Assembly: GCA_041686375.1 (NCBI GenBank) | Contig: JAWLEB010000001.1 | Coordinates: 73,997-137,996 of the forward strand | Direction of reading: 5' to 3' | DNA from: Bacteroidales bacterium | Lineage (GTDB): Bacteria > Bacteroidota > Bacteroidia > Bacteroidales > UBA12077 | Length of the DNA stretch: 64,000 nt | Shown here: positions 30,509 to 40,961 of the stretch, in pieces | How the letters are laid out: the number at the start of each line of letters is the position of its first letter | Numbering within the stretch: the first letter of the stretch is position 1 | The notes under the pieces: generated by a model | Told to the model about the DNA's origin: nothing | Seen by the model: only the letters and a program-made list of their open reading frames with translations | Database searches by the model: none | Made by a program: the position numbers and the translations under genes

Positions 30509-33500
30509 ATGGCTAAAGAAAATACTTCAATCAAAAAGAAGGTAGTAAGACAATTTAAATTAACTACATTAGCTTTAAACAATAGAAATACCATTTTGTT
30601 GTTGGCAATTGCTATAGTGGGCTTTGGAATATTTTCCTATAAGAATCTACCTAAAGAATTAACTCCGGAAGTCGTTATTCCTACTATAATGATCCAAACT
30701 TCTTATCCTGGCAATCCACCTGTCGACATTGAAAATCTTATTACCCGCCCGATAGAAAAAGAAGTTGAAAGTGTTCGCGGTATCAAAGAAATCAATTCCA
30801 CATCATCTCAAGGATTTTCTCTGATTTTTGTGGAGTTTAACACTGATGTCAATATAGATAAGGCGCTGCAAGATGTTAAAGATGCTGTAGATAAATCTAA
30901 GAGAGATTTGCCTAACGACTTACAAAGCGATCCGAATGTTGAGGATATTGATTTTTCTGAATTTCCGATTATTAATATTAATCTTTCCGGAGATTATAGC
31001 ATTGAGGCGCTAAATGATTATGCTGAATACTTTGAAGACATGATTGACGAAATTGATCAAATTTCTAAGGTAGAGATAAAAGGGATTAATGATCAGGAAA
31101 TCCAGATTAATGTGGATCCTCATAAGATGGAATCCGTGGGCTTGAATTTTGTAGATATTGAGAATGCCATAAAGGCTGAAAACCTATCTATGCCAGGAGG
31201 GGAATTGCGTTTTGACAGGACCAACCGGTCGGTGAGAACCATAGGGGAGTTTGAAGATGTTTTGGAAATCAAGGATATAGTTGTTAAGAATGACAATGAT
31301 AAATTAGTGTATCTTAAAGATATAGCCGAGGTACAAATGGGTTATGAATATCCTGAAAGTTTTGCCAGATTGGATAATAGCCCGGTTGTTTCTTTACAGG
31401 TTATAAAGAAAAGTGGAGAAAATTTATTGGCTGCGACAGATCAGATATTTGATATTCTGGATGAGGCTGTAGAAAATCGTGAAGTGCCAGAAGATTTGAA
31501 AATTTCTATAACGAATGATCAAAGTGATATGATTCGACAGCAATTGAATAACCTGGAAAATTCAATCATTCTCGGTGTTATCTTCGTTATCCTGGTTCTT
31601 TATTATTTTTTAGGTACCAAAAATTCCCTTTTTGTGGGAACGGCAATCCCGATGTCAATGTTTTTGTCTTTTATAATAATTGGCCTGTTGGGTGGACGGT
31701 TAAATATGATTGTATTATTCTCGCTTATACTTGCCTTAGGATTACTTGTAGATAATGCCATTGTTGTGGTAGAAAATATTTACCGTTTTGTGCATGACAA
31801 AGGACATGATGCATATAATGCTGCATGGCAGGCTGTTGGAGAAATTGCCTTGCCAATTATTACTAGCACAATTACAACACTCTCTGCATTTTTACCGCTG
31901 GCCTTTTGGGGAGGAATTACAGGTGAATTTATGAAAAACCTGCCGATTACTCTAATTATCGTACTTTCTTCGTCTCTTTTTGTTGCATTGGTCATAATCC
32001 CTGTACTTGCAGCTACCTTTATTAAGTATGGCAAAATGAAAAATGATGGAAAAATAGATAAAAGGAAGAATTATAAGATAATTCTTGTATTAGCTGCCCT
32101 GGCAGGAATTTTCTATCTGCTTAAGGTTTATTCTATTGCCAATATATTGATGATTATTGTGCTGATTGTTTTATTTAATGTACTCTATTTCCATCGTGCA
32201 CAATACTTGTTTCAGAATGTCTTTCTCACAAGACTGGAAAATGGCTATAATAAATTGCTTCTGTTTGCTCTTCGTGGTAAAAATCCTGTTAAATTCTTTT
32301 TGGCAACTATCTTAACCCTGGTTTTAGCTGTGGTTTTTGTTGCCGTGAGAAGTCCGGATATTTTGTTCTTCCCGGATAATGAACCGGATTATATCAATGT
32401 TAGGGCTGAATTACCTATAGGGACTGACATTCATGCCACAGATTCAGTAATGAGAAACATTGAAGACGATATTGTTCTCTTCCTTGAGCCAAATAAAAAA
32501 ATAATAGAATCAGTACTTACAACAGTGGGATCTGGTGCAGGAGAAGGAATTTCAGCAGATGCAACTCCGAATATGGGCCTCACAACAATTTCATTTGTTG
32601 ATTATGAAGACAGGAAGTATGAAAATACCTCTGAAATCATGTCTGACCTTAGCGACAGACTGATTGGTGAATATCCTGGAGTGTCAATTTCGCTTGAAAA
32701 AAATAATATGGGCCCCCCAGCCGGCGATCCAATAAATCTTGAAATCAGTGGTGAAGATTTTACAGAACTTATTCAACTGACCGATTCTTTAAAAAATCAC
32801 ATAGATGATGCTAAAATACCTGGAATTGAAGGTCTTAAAATGGATTTGGATGTGGGTAAGCCTGAGGTTCTTGTGGATATTGACAGAGAGAATGCACGAA
32901 GATTTGGGTTGTCAACATCTCAAATTGCAAATAAAATCAGAACGGCGCTATTTGGAAAAGAAATATCCGATTTTAAGGTTGGAGAAGATGATTACCCAAT
33001 TCAATTGAGAATGAAGGAACCTAACCGATATGATTTGTCTACACTTCTGAATCAGAAAATTTTTGTGATGCACAATGGCACTAGGAAAAAAATACCCATT
33101 TCTGCTGTGGCTGATGTTAAATATAGCACTACTTATGGCGAAGTTCAGAGAAAAGATCTTGACCGTGTTATTACCTTGTATTCAAATGTATTAGAGGGGT
33201 ATAATGCTACAGAGATTAACAATCAGATGAAGATATTACTTGAAAACTTTGATATGCCGGAGGGTTATGATTATGAATTTACTGGTGAACAGGAAGAACA
33301 GAGGGAATCTATGGATTTCCTTTTTCAGGCTTTAATTATTGCTGCTGTTTTAATCTTAATTATCCTGGTAACTCAGTTTAATTCTCTGGTAAAACCATTG
33401 ATCATTATTTCAAGTGTTATTTTTAGTACAATTGGCGTGTTTTTGGGTATCGGAATATTCAATATGGATATAGTGATTGTTATGACAGGTATAGGAATAG

Positions 33501-33940
33501 TTTCTCTCGCCGGAATTGTGGTAAATAATGCTATCGTACTTGTTGATTATATAGAATTGCTTAAAACACGCAAGCGTAAGGAATTGGGCCTGGAACCCAG
33601 GGAATATTTACCTTTGAGAGAAGCTACAGAATGCGTGGTGCAAGGTGGAAAAACCAGATTAAGGCCTGTGTTGCTTACTGCAATTACAACAATTCTGGGA
33701 TTACTCCCCTTAGCAATAGGTCTTAATATTGATTTTGGAGGACTTCTGAATGAGTTTAAACCAAATCTCTATATTGGTGGAAACATGACTAGTTTCTGGG
33801 GGCCCATTTCATGGACAGTAATTTTTGGCCTGACATTTTCAACTTTTCTTACACTCGTTATTGTTCCAGTTATGTACAGGATAACAATTATTATCCAAAA
33901 AAAATTAACGAAGTTGTTGAATAAGAGTATTACGGGATAA
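30509..33940 (+). CDS. Efflux RND transporter permease (AcrB/HAE-type), 1143 aa
   Basis: ACR_tran-type organisation with two large periplasmic loops. Motifs include GLLVDNAIVVVENI and AGIVVNNAIVLVDY. There is an extra hydrophobic hairpin in the central cytoplasmic linker. Confidence 0.9.
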   Translation: MAKENTSIKKKVVRQFKLTTLALNNRNTILLLAIAIVGFGIFSYKNLPKELTPEVVIPTIMIQTSYPGNPPVDIENLITRPIEKEVESVRGIKEINSTSSQGFSLIFVEFNTDVNIDKALQDVKDAVDKSKRDLPNDLQSDPNVEDIDFSEFPIININLSGDYSIEALNDYAEYFEDMIDEIDQISKVEIKGINDQEIQINVDPHKMESVGLNFVDIENAIKAENLSMPGGELRFDRTNRSVRTIGEFEDVLEIKDIVVKNDNDKLVYLKDIAEVQMGYEYPESFARLDNSPVVSLQVIKKSGENLLAATDQIFDILDEAVENREVPEDLKISITNDQSDMIRQQLNNLENSIILGVIFVILVLYYFLGTKNSLFVGTAIPMSMFLSFIIIGLLGGRLNMIVLFSLILALGLLVDNAIVVVENIYRFVHDKGHDAYNAAWQAVGEIALPIITSTITTLSAFLPLAFWGGITGEFMKNLPITLIIVLSSSLFVALVIIPVLAATFIKYGKMKNDGKIDKRKNYKIILVLAALAGIFYLLKVYSIANILMIIVLIVLFNVLYFHRAQYLFQNVFLTRLENGYNKLLLFALRGKNPVKFFLATILTLVLAVVFVAVRSPDILFFPDNEPDYINVRAELPIGTDIHATDSVMRNIEDDIVLFLEPNKKIIESVLTTVGSGAGEGISADATPNMGLTTISFVDYEDRKYENTSEIMSDLSDRLIGEYPGVSISLEKNNMGPPAGDPINLEISGEDFTELIQLTDSLKNHIDDAKIPGIEGLKMDLDVGKPEVLVDIDRENARRFGLSTSQIANKIRTALFGKEISDFKVGEDDYPIQLRMKEPNRYDLSTLLNQKIFVMHNGTRKKIPISAVADVKYSTTYGEVQRKDLDRVITLYSNVLEGYNATEINNQMKILLENFDMPEGYDYEFTGEQEEQRESMDFLFQALIIAAVLILIILVTQFNSLVKPLIIISSVIFSTIGVFLGIGIFNMDIVIVMTGIGIVSLAGIVVNNAIVLVDYIELLKTRKRKELGLEPREYLPLREATECVVQGGKTRLRPVLLTAITTILGLLPLAIGLNIDFGGLLNEFKPNLYIGGNMTSFWGPISWTVIFGLTFSTFLTLVIVPVMYRITIIIQKKLTKLLNKSITG

Positions 33941-33962
33941 AATTTTATTTGTTTTTAACTTT

Positions 33963-34002
33963 AAAGTCTGGTTTGATATTATTTTCGGACCAGGCTTTTT
34001 TT
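33963..34002 (+). terminator. Rho-independent terminator after the RND operon
   Basis: Stem AAAGTCTGGT (33963-33972) / ACCAGGCTTT (33989-33998), one G-U pair, followed by a T-run. Confidence 0.75.
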
Positions 34003-34118
34003 ATAAATGATTAGTATATCGGAAAACTGGTAGTTTACAGGAACAAAATATGAATTGTTTTGTTTTAAAGTAATATTAAACTTAATGTTTCCGTATGTAT
34101 TTTGAACAAAATATTAAA

Positions 34119-34126
34119 TACCTTTG
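34119..34126 (+). promoter_or_regulatory. Candidate -7 promoter box (TACCTTTG) upstream of small ORF/mutL
   Basis: Matches TAnnTTTG, 19 nt upstream of the ATG at 34145. TTTG occurs at 34101-34104. Confidence 0.3.
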
Positions 34127-34144
34127 CAGTTAAATTTGTTAATT

Positions 34145-34423
34145 ATGGGATTAAAGTTTTTTCACATACCAAGAGCCAGAGAATATGGGTACAAACCCAT
34201 TTTTTACGATGAGCGGAAAGAGGAGCTTGAGAAGAGGAAAAGAGCGATTGACCAGGAATTGGCTATGGAAGAACGAATGGGCAAAGAAACTTATATTGCA
34301 AATATAAAGGGTCATATGCGAGGCCACATGAGGATGGCAAGAAAAGAACGGAAAAAATATAATATCCGCGTGGCTGTTATATTGGCAATCCTAATTTCTC
34401 TTGCATATTTCCTTCTTCGTTAA
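34145..34423 (+). CDS. Small basic tail-anchored hypothetical protein (92 aa)
   Basis: The ORF has an ATG at 34145, while the track uses an upstream TTG at 34124. The body is highly charged K/R/E-rich, with a single C-terminal TM helix VAVILAILISLAYFLL. It ends 13 nt before the mutL ATG. Confidence 0.45.
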   Translation: MGLKFFHIPRAREYGYKPIFYDERKEELEKRKRAIDQELAMEERMGKETYIANIKGHMRGHMRMARKERKKYNIRVAVILAILISLAYFLLR

Positions 34424-34436
34424 TAAGTTCATTTCT

Positions 34437-36284
34437 ATGGCAGATATTGTTCAGGTTCTCCCGGATTCAGTGGCAAATCAGATTGCAGCAGGAGAAGTTA
34501 TACAGCGTCCTGCATCTGTGGTTAAAGAAATGGTTGAGAATGCTGTAGATGCAAATGCTACTGAGATAAAAGTCATTTTAAAAGATGCCGGCAAAACTTC
34601 TATTCAGATTGTCGATAATGGAACGGGAATGACTGATACTGATGCTCGTTTGGCCTTTGAAAGACATTCTACTTCCAAAATTAAAAATGCCGAAGATTTA
34701 TTTGCTATTAAAACAATGGGTTTCAGGGGAGAAGCGCTTGCTTCAATTGCTGCGATTGCTCATGTGGAGATGAAAACAAGAACCAAGGGAGACGAAATTG
34801 GCACGTATATTCGCATTGAAGGAAGCAAAGTGATTAGCCAGGAACCCGCACAATGCCCTGTGGGAAGTAATTTTACTGTAAAGAATCTTTTTTTTAATGT
34901 CCCGGCAAGACGAAAATTCCTGAAAAAAGATTCTACGGAGTTAAACCACATAATTAAAGAATTTCAGCGAATTGCTCTTGCTTATACACATATAAAACTG
35001 TCTTTGTACCATAACGAAAACGTTCTTTTCCATTTGCCTGAAGAAAACTACGGTAAGAGAATTCTTTCTGTTTTCGGATCCAAGATGAAAGATAATCTGA
35101 TACCCCTTGAGACGAATACAAATATTGTGAAAGTTTTTGGTTATGTTGGTCTTCCGCAGAAAGCCAAAAAGAGATATGGAGAGCAGTTTTTCTTCGTGAA
35201 TAACAGGTTTATGAGAAGCCCATATCTCCATAAAGCTATAATGGAATGTTACGATAATCTTGTTCGCCCGGGGAATGTTCCTGTATATTTTATATATCTT
35301 GAAATTCCACCCGGTTCAATCGATGTAAATATTCACCCTACGAAGACAGAAGTTAAATTTGAAGACCAGCAAGCTGTATGGCAAGTACTGCATGCTTCGG
35401 TACGAGAAGCATTAGGAAAACACAATATAGCTCCTTCTATTGATTTTGACCAGGATGGGAATATTGGAATCCCTACACCAACACGAAAGAGAGAAGTGCA
35501 AACCCCGCGCATTGAAGTTGATCCTACATATAATCCTTTTGAGAACAATAAGTCAACGGAACAGTTTGATTCAGCGAATGCGGGAAAATCAAAAAAGAAC
35601 AGTGATTTTCTGAACTGGGAAGAACTTTATGATACTTTTGAGAATAAAGAGAATCAGCCAACTCTTAAATTCGAATCAGCAGCAGGCAAGGAAAATAAAA
35701 TGGAAAGGGAAGAGTTTTCTAACACCGAAGGAAACAGGTTTTTTCAATATAAATACAAGTATATTCTTACTCCTGTCAAATCAGGCTTGATGCTGATACA
35801 TCAACAGCGGTGTCATGTTAAGATTTTATACGAATACTTTTTAGCAAACCGGAAAAAGGAGAGCAATATAGTGCAGAAGCGTTTATATCCGGAAGAAATA
35901 GAACTTAATCCTGCTGATTTTGCAGTTTTTCAGGATATTTATGAGGATGTTAAAAAAACAGGATTTCAGATAGAACTAAAAGATAATCGAATTGTTGAAA
36001 TACATGGTGTTCCTGCTGAAACTGATTTTACCAATGTTAAAACGCTTATGGAAGATTTCCTGGCAAGATATGATACATTGAAGAATTCAGATATCAGTTC
36101 TCATGAGGGTATAGCTTTAAGTTTAGCCCGAGCTGCTGCAATATCTTCTGGAACTCCGCTGACATATGAAGAAATGCGCGAGTTGGTTGATAAATTGTTT
36201 GCATGTTCAACCCCAAATTATACTCCTGAGGGACAAAAAATAATATCTTTGATAAAATTAGAGGAAATTGAAAAATTATTTTAA
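34437..36284 (+). CDS. mutL: DNA mismatch repair protein MutL
   Basis: GHKL ATPase motifs NQIAAGEVI, EMVENAVDA, DNGTGM, GFRGEALASI. The start is taken at MADIVQVLP (34437). Confidence 0.95.
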   Translation: MADIVQVLPDSVANQIAAGEVIQRPASVVKEMVENAVDANATEIKVILKDAGKTSIQIVDNGTGMTDTDARLAFERHSTSKIKNAEDLFAIKTMGFRGEALASIAAIAHVEMKTRTKGDEIGTYIRIEGSKVISQEPAQCPVGSNFTVKNLFFNVPARRKFLKKDSTELNHIIKEFQRIALAYTHIKLSLYHNENVLFHLPEENYGKRILSVFGSKMKDNLIPLETNTNIVKVFGYVGLPQKAKKRYGEQFFFVNNRFMRSPYLHKAIMECYDNLVRPGNVPVYFIYLEIPPGSIDVNIHPTKTEVKFEDQQAVWQVLHASVREALGKHNIAPSIDFDQDGNIGIPTPTRKREVQTPRIEVDPTYNPFENNKSTEQFDSANAGKSKKNSDFLNWEELYDTFENKENQPTLKFESAAGKENKMEREEFSNTEGNRFFQYKYKYILTPVKSGLMLIHQQRCHVKILYEYFLANRKKESNIVQKRLYPEEIELNPADFAVFQDIYEDVKKTGFQIELKDNRIVEIHGVPAETDFTNVKTLMEDFLARYDTLKNSDISSHEGIALSLARAAAISSGTPLTYEEMRELVDKLFACSTPNYTPEGQKIISLIKLEEIEKLF

Positions 36285-36307
36285 AAGAATTATAAAATAA
36301 CTGAAAG

Positions 36308-37054
36308 ATGATAAACTACAGGACAAGCGGTTTTATGGGAACTCCTCCCGTGGTAAAAAATTTAATTATCATAAGTGTTTTGATGCTGTTAGCTAGTTTT
36401 ACGGCTGAGCATGTTTTTCATATACGACTGAATCAGGTACTCGGCTTGTATTACCCTGGCTCACAGAAGTTTGAACCCTATCAGCTTATTTCTCATATAT
36501 TTATGCATGGGGGATTAGCCCATTTGTTTTTTAATATGTTTGCTTTATGGATGTTTGGTCGTGTTTTAGAAAATGTATGGGGGCACAAAAGATTTTTCCT
36601 CTACTTTTTTATAACAGGTTTAGGGGCGGCCTTTCTGCATATGCTGGTTAATCATATTCAGATACAAGTTTTATTGAACCAGATGGACTCACAGCAAATA
36701 TCTACCGTGGTAACAGAAGGGTTTGATACCATAAGACAAGGGAAAAACTTTTCTGATCCACAGATGGGGCGACTGAATTTGATGATGAATATTCCTACAG
36801 TTGGAGCCTCTGGTGCAGTATTTGGTGTTTTGTTGGCATTTGGTATGTTGTTCCCGAATACTCAGCTTTTGCTTATTTTTCCCCCTATTCCTATTAAAGC
36901 AAAGTATTTTGTGATTTTTTATGGAATTCTTGAATTATGGCTGGGAATTACCCAACCGGGTAGTAATGTTGCGCATTTTGCCCATCTGGGAGGTATGCTT
37001 TTTGGCTTTATTATGATAAAATTCTGGAACATGAATAAACATACTTTTTATTGA
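36308..37054 (+). CDS. Rhomboid-family intramembrane serine protease
   Basis: HIFMHGGLAHLFFNMFALWMFG, GASGAVFGVL (Ser), AHFAHLGGMLFG (His). Confidence 0.85.
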   Translation: MINYRTSGFMGTPPVVKNLIIISVLMLLASFTAEHVFHIRLNQVLGLYYPGSQKFEPYQLISHIFMHGGLAHLFFNMFALWMFGRVLENVWGHKRFFLYFFITGLGAAFLHMLVNHIQIQVLLNQMDSQQISTVVTEGFDTIRQGKNFSDPQMGRLNLMMNIPTVGASGAVFGVLLAFGMLFPNTQLLLIFPPIPIKAKYFVIFYGILELWLGITQPGSNVAHFAHLGGMLFGFIMIKFWNMNKHTFY

Positions 37055-37176
37055 GTCAGTCTGTTTTTCTTATATGTGTCCTGACAGTATAAATATGCTC
37101 TTAAAAACACAAGATTATTGTATGTTAAAAGAAACTTTTGTAATATAGTTAATGTTTCTTTAATAAATTACATTTT

Positions 37177-38064
37177 ATGAGTGATATTGGACAACAGATA
37201 AAAGATAATTTTAAAAAGGGAAACTCACTTATTAAGTTGATTTACATTAATCTTGCCGTTTTCCTGGTGATAAAACTTATACAGGTGATTGCTTTTCTCT
37301 TTGGATTTAGTGGCATTTCTTCCTTGTTTATACCATGGCTCGCTGTACCGGCAGATGTAGAGGTTCTATTGACACGACCATGGACGCTTTTTACCTATAT
37401 GTTTTTACATGAGCAATTTTTCCACATCCTGTTTAACTTATTGTGGCTTTATATATTTGGACGTATATTTTTGATGTACTTGAATGAAAAACGCCTTCTA
37501 AGTTTGTATTTGACAGGTGGACTTGCCGGCGCTGCTTTATATATTATTGCATTTAATATTTTCCCTGCTTTCACCGATATGGTGCCTCATGCTATTGCAT
37601 TAGGCGCCTCAGCTTCTGTTATGGCAATTGTTATAGCAACAGCAGTTTATGCCCCTGATTTTACTATTCATTTATTATTTCTGGGCCCTGTAAAACTTAA
37701 ATATATCGCTATCGTTTCCATTGCACTTGATATTTTGAGTATAGCCGGTTCAAATGCAGGAGGGCATATAGCCCATTTGGGGGGTGCACTTTTTGGCTAT
37801 TTATATATTGCTCAATACAGAAAAGGAAAGAATTTAACTTATGGCTTTGACCGTTTTATGGATAGTGTGTTTTCTTTATTTAAGCCCAAACCAAAAATAA
37901 GGGTGACTTATAAAAAACCTAAGACGGATATTGAGTATAATAAAGAAAAGGTTAAAAAGCAGGAGCGAATCAATAAAATATTGGATAAAATATCTAAACA
38001 TGGATATGAAAGTTTGACCAAAGAGGAAAAAGAATTGCTTTTCAGGGCAAAAGATGAAGAATAA
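37177..38064 (+). CDS. Rhomboid-family intramembrane serine protease with basic C-terminal extension
   Basis: YMFLHEQFFHILFNLLWLYIFG, GASASVMAIV, HIAHLGGALFG. The C-terminal soluble tail is K-rich. Confidence 0.8.
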   Translation: MSDIGQQIKDNFKKGNSLIKLIYINLAVFLVIKLIQVIAFLFGFSGISSLFIPWLAVPADVEVLLTRPWTLFTYMFLHEQFFHILFNLLWLYIFGRIFLMYLNEKRLLSLYLTGGLAGAALYIIAFNIFPAFTDMVPHAIALGASASVMAIVIATAVYAPDFTIHLLFLGPVKLKYIAIVSIALDILSIAGSNAGGHIAHLGGALFGYLYIAQYRKGKNLTYGFDRFMDSVFSLFKPKPKIRVTYKKPKTDIEYNKEKVKKQERINKILDKISKHGYESLTKEEKELLFRAKDEE

Positions 38065-38093
38065 AATCAAGTCTGTCAAATTGTTTTCAAACG

Positions 38094-39206
38094 TTGAAAA
38101 AGCTTATTCATAAATTTTTAGTATATCTTACTTACGTGTTGGCTGTTTTTATCCTGCTGGCGGATATTTCTGTCTTTATATCTCCGGCGGAAGTCTGGCC
38201 TGCAGCTTTTTTCGGATTAGCTTTTCCTTACCTGATGATTCTGAATTTTGTTTTCTTTGTCTACTGGATCATCACTCGAAAGAAAGTATTCATGATTTCT
38301 TTGATTGCCTTACTTTTAAGCATCAATAATGTGAGCCACACTTTTCAACCCCCAAAATCTAACCGGGAACAAATTTCATCTCAAGGAATTGACAGCGCTG
38401 ATAAGTCTATGAAAATTTTAACATATAATGTGCAGATATTTAATTTGTTTGGAAATAGTCTGTTTGGGGATCAACAACAGAAGATTTTTGATTTTATATT
38501 TAAGGTAGACCCGGATATTATCTGTTTTCAGGAATTTTACGTAAATGAGCTCAAGAATTTTAGCATATATAGGGTAAATGGTTTATTAAAGCAATATGAG
38601 CACCGTCATATAGTTTGGATACAAAAGGGTGAATATTCGCGGTATGGTATAGCTATCTATAGTAAATTTCCCCTTATAAATAAAGAAGAGCTTTCATTTC
38701 AGAATTCCAGTAATATAAGTATTTATAGTGATGTAGCCATGGGCTATGATACGGTAAGAATATTTAATAATCATTTGCAATCTATTAATTTTGACAACAA
38801 AAGCTACGAGTTTATTACCAACCAGAAAACTTATTCACAGAGCGAGAAAATCAGGGAACTTCAGAATATATCTGTCAGGCTGAAGGATGCATTTATTAAG
38901 CGGGGACAGCAAGCAAATTTTTTAGCGAAAAAAATAGATGAGTCTTCTTATCCAGTTGTGGTTTGTGGCGATTTTAACGACACTCCTGTATCCTATACCT
39001 ACAGAACTATAAGAGAAGACATGAAAGATGCTTTTATAGAAGCAGGTAGTGGTTTTGGAAGCACTTACGGCGGACGGTTCCCTTCATATCGGATAGATTA
39101 TATTTTGCATAGTTCATCTTTAAAAACACAATCTTTTAATACGGAAAGAATTAAACACTCCGATCATTATCCTGTGATGGCCAGAATATTCTGGAGCACT
39201 GAGTAA
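38094..39206 (+). CDS. Membrane-anchored endonuclease/exonuclease/phosphatase (EEP) family protein
   Basis: TTG start; the next in-frame Met would delete the first TM helices. Three N-terminal TM helices are followed by an EEP fold ending in SDHYPV. Confidence 0.75.
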   Translation: MKKLIHKFLVYLTYVLAVFILLADISVFISPAEVWPAAFFGLAFPYLMILNFVFFVYWIITRKKVFMISLIALLLSINNVSHTFQPPKSNREQISSQGIDSADKSMKILTYNVQIFNLFGNSLFGDQQQKIFDFIFKVDPDIICFQEFYVNELKNFSIYRVNGLLKQYEHRHIVWIQKGEYSRYGIAIYSKFPLINKEELSFQNSSNISIYSDVAMGYDTVRIFNNHLQSINFDNKSYEFITNQKTYSQSEKIRELQNISVRLKDAFIKRGQQANFLAKKIDESSYPVVVCGDFNDTPVSYTYRTIREDMKDAFIEAGSGFGSTYGGRFPSYRIDYILHSSSLKTQSFNTERIKHSDHYPVMARIFWSTE

Positions 39207-39214
39207 ACTGGTGT

Positions 39215-40183
39215 TTAGAATGCATTTTCTTTATTGAATGGCAGCTCATTAAGATTCAGGTTTCCACCTGAAAGGATTACTCCAACCTTTTTTGATTTAA
39301 ATATAAATCTGTTATCCATTATTGCTGCAAGGGCTACTGCTGCCGATGGCTCTGTTACGAGTTTCATTCTTTCCCATAAAAAACGCATGGCTTTTACTAT
39401 AGTATCTTCTTTCGTAGTAACGATATCGTCAAGATATTTGTTAATAATTTTGAAGGTAAATGGACTTAAGGATGTTAAAAGTCCATCGGCAATGGTATTG
39501 GGTCGGTCCACCGGGATGAGAAATCCCTGGTTAAATGATCGATAAGCATCATCTGCCATTTGAGGTTCTGCAGCATAGACACGTATATTATTTTTTATAT
39601 GCTTTGCCGCAATTGATGTGCCGCTTATTAATCCCCCCCCGCCTACCGGTGCGATTATTACCTCTAAATCCGGAATGTCTTCAAGCAATTCTTTGGCTGC
39701 TGTTCCCTGGCCACAAATAACATTGGCATCACTTGAAGGATGAATAAATTTAGCATTTGTTTTTTTGCTTACGTCCCTGTAGGTTTCTTCTCTCGAGTCA
39801 AGAGAAGGTTCACAGTAAGTAATCTTGGCCCCGTAATGTTCTGCTGCTTTTCTTTTTGAAGGACTGGACGTTTTTGGCATAACAACATAGGCATTGATTC
39901 CTGCTAGTTTTGCTGCAAGGGATAATGCTGCAGCGTGGTTCCCCGAGGAATGGGTACCTACCCCGTTTCCTGACTCTTCTTTTGTCAGCTTAAGTATAGC
40001 ATTACTGGCTCCACGAAACTTAAAAGAACCTGTTTTTTGAAAATTTTCACATTTGAAAAATAACTCTACATCAATAATATCATTGATACTGGAACTTGTA
40101 TGAATTGGTGTTCTTTTGATTTGCCTATATATACGCTTGTGAGCGTCTTCGATTTCTTTGAATGCAGGAATCTTATTTTGCAT
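39215..40183 (-). CDS. PLP-dependent serine/threonine dehydratase family enzyme (fold type II)
   Basis: PLP-lysine motif GSFKFRGA, glycine loop APVGGGGLISG. 322 aa. Confidence 0.8.
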   Translation of the reverse strand: MQNKIPAFKEIEDAHKRIYRQIKRTPIHTSSSINDIIDVELFFKCENFQKTGSFKFRGASNAILKLTKEESGNGVGTHSSGNHAAALSLAAKLAGINAYVVMPKTSSPSKRKAAEHYGAKITYCEPSLDSREETYRDVSKKTNAKFIHPSSDANVICGQGTAAKELLEDIPDLEVIIAPVGGGGLISGTSIAAKHIKNNIRVYAAEPQMADDAYRSFNQGFLIPVDRPNTIADGLLTSLSPFTFKIINKYLDDIVTTKEDTIVKAMRFLWERMKLVTEPSAAVALAAIMDNRFIFKSKKVGVILSGGNLNLNELPFNKENAF

Positions 40184-40961
40184 TGTTTTGAGTTTTGATT
40201 GAATCTTTATAATGTTGATATTTTTCTTTTACTCTTTCAAGAATATCATATTTGCTTGTTTCAAGCAAATATTCATCACTGAAGTTACAAAACTCCATAA
40301 ATCTTATAACTTCTTCACCTTCTAAACCTGTTATTTCACTTACAATTTTTTGGTTATATTTTGAACGAATTTTTTTCTGGATTGTTTTTTCTATTTGCAA
40401 TTCCTTTAGTTTTCTTTTTGATTTACCTTCCTTGCTCAGCAGCGAATAAATTAATGAGATGGGATTCCCTATATTTGGTTCGTGCGGTATAACCGTGTCC
40501 GGCGGCTCTTGAATGCCATCCCAGAATAATGGATGTATTTCATCTCTGGGGTTTACAGTTTCCAGGTTGAAAAATTTTTCTTTGAAATCGTTATATGTTC
40601 CCCAAGGTGTAATTTCTACCTTTTCAATTGAATATGTCTTGTCAGACATAGGAATACTCTCAAACACAAAAGTTTGATGCTTTCTGTCATTAACGAATTT
40701 TTCATTTTCATAGCCAATGGAAGTAATTAAAAGGGTGTCGCCCGGGAAGGCATCTATTTTAAAATTCCCAGAAGTGTCCGATATTGTTGCAAAATAGTTA
40801 GTGGTATTGATAATATGTGCATACTCTATAGGTTTTAAGGTCTTTTTATCGTAAAGATTCCCCATTATTGTGATTAAAGAATCTCTCTCTTGGGCATTTA
40901 ATGCATCAATACCTGAAAACAGAATAAATAGGACAAATGCTATGTGAATTTTTAACTTCAA
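40173..40961 (-). CDS. Secreted carboxypeptidase-regulatory-like domain protein
   Basis: Signal peptide (..DALNA|QERD) and a CarboxypepD_reg-like beta-sandwich (ITIMGNLYDKKTLKPIEYAHIIN..SDTSGNFKIDAFPGDTLLITSIGYE). Confidence 0.6.
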   Translation of the reverse strand: MKLKIHIAFVLFILFSGIDALNAQERDSLITIMGNLYDKKTLKPIEYAHIINTTNYFATISDTSGNFKIDAFPGDTLLITSIGYENEKFVNDRKHQTFVFESIPMSDKTYSIEKVEITPWGTYNDFKEKFFNLETVNPRDEIHPLFWDGIQEPPDTVIPHEPNIGNPISLIYSLLSKEGKSKRKLKELQIEKTIQKKIRSKYNQKIVSEITGLEGEEVIRFMEFCNFSDEYLLETSKYDILERVKEKYQHYKDSIKTQNNAK

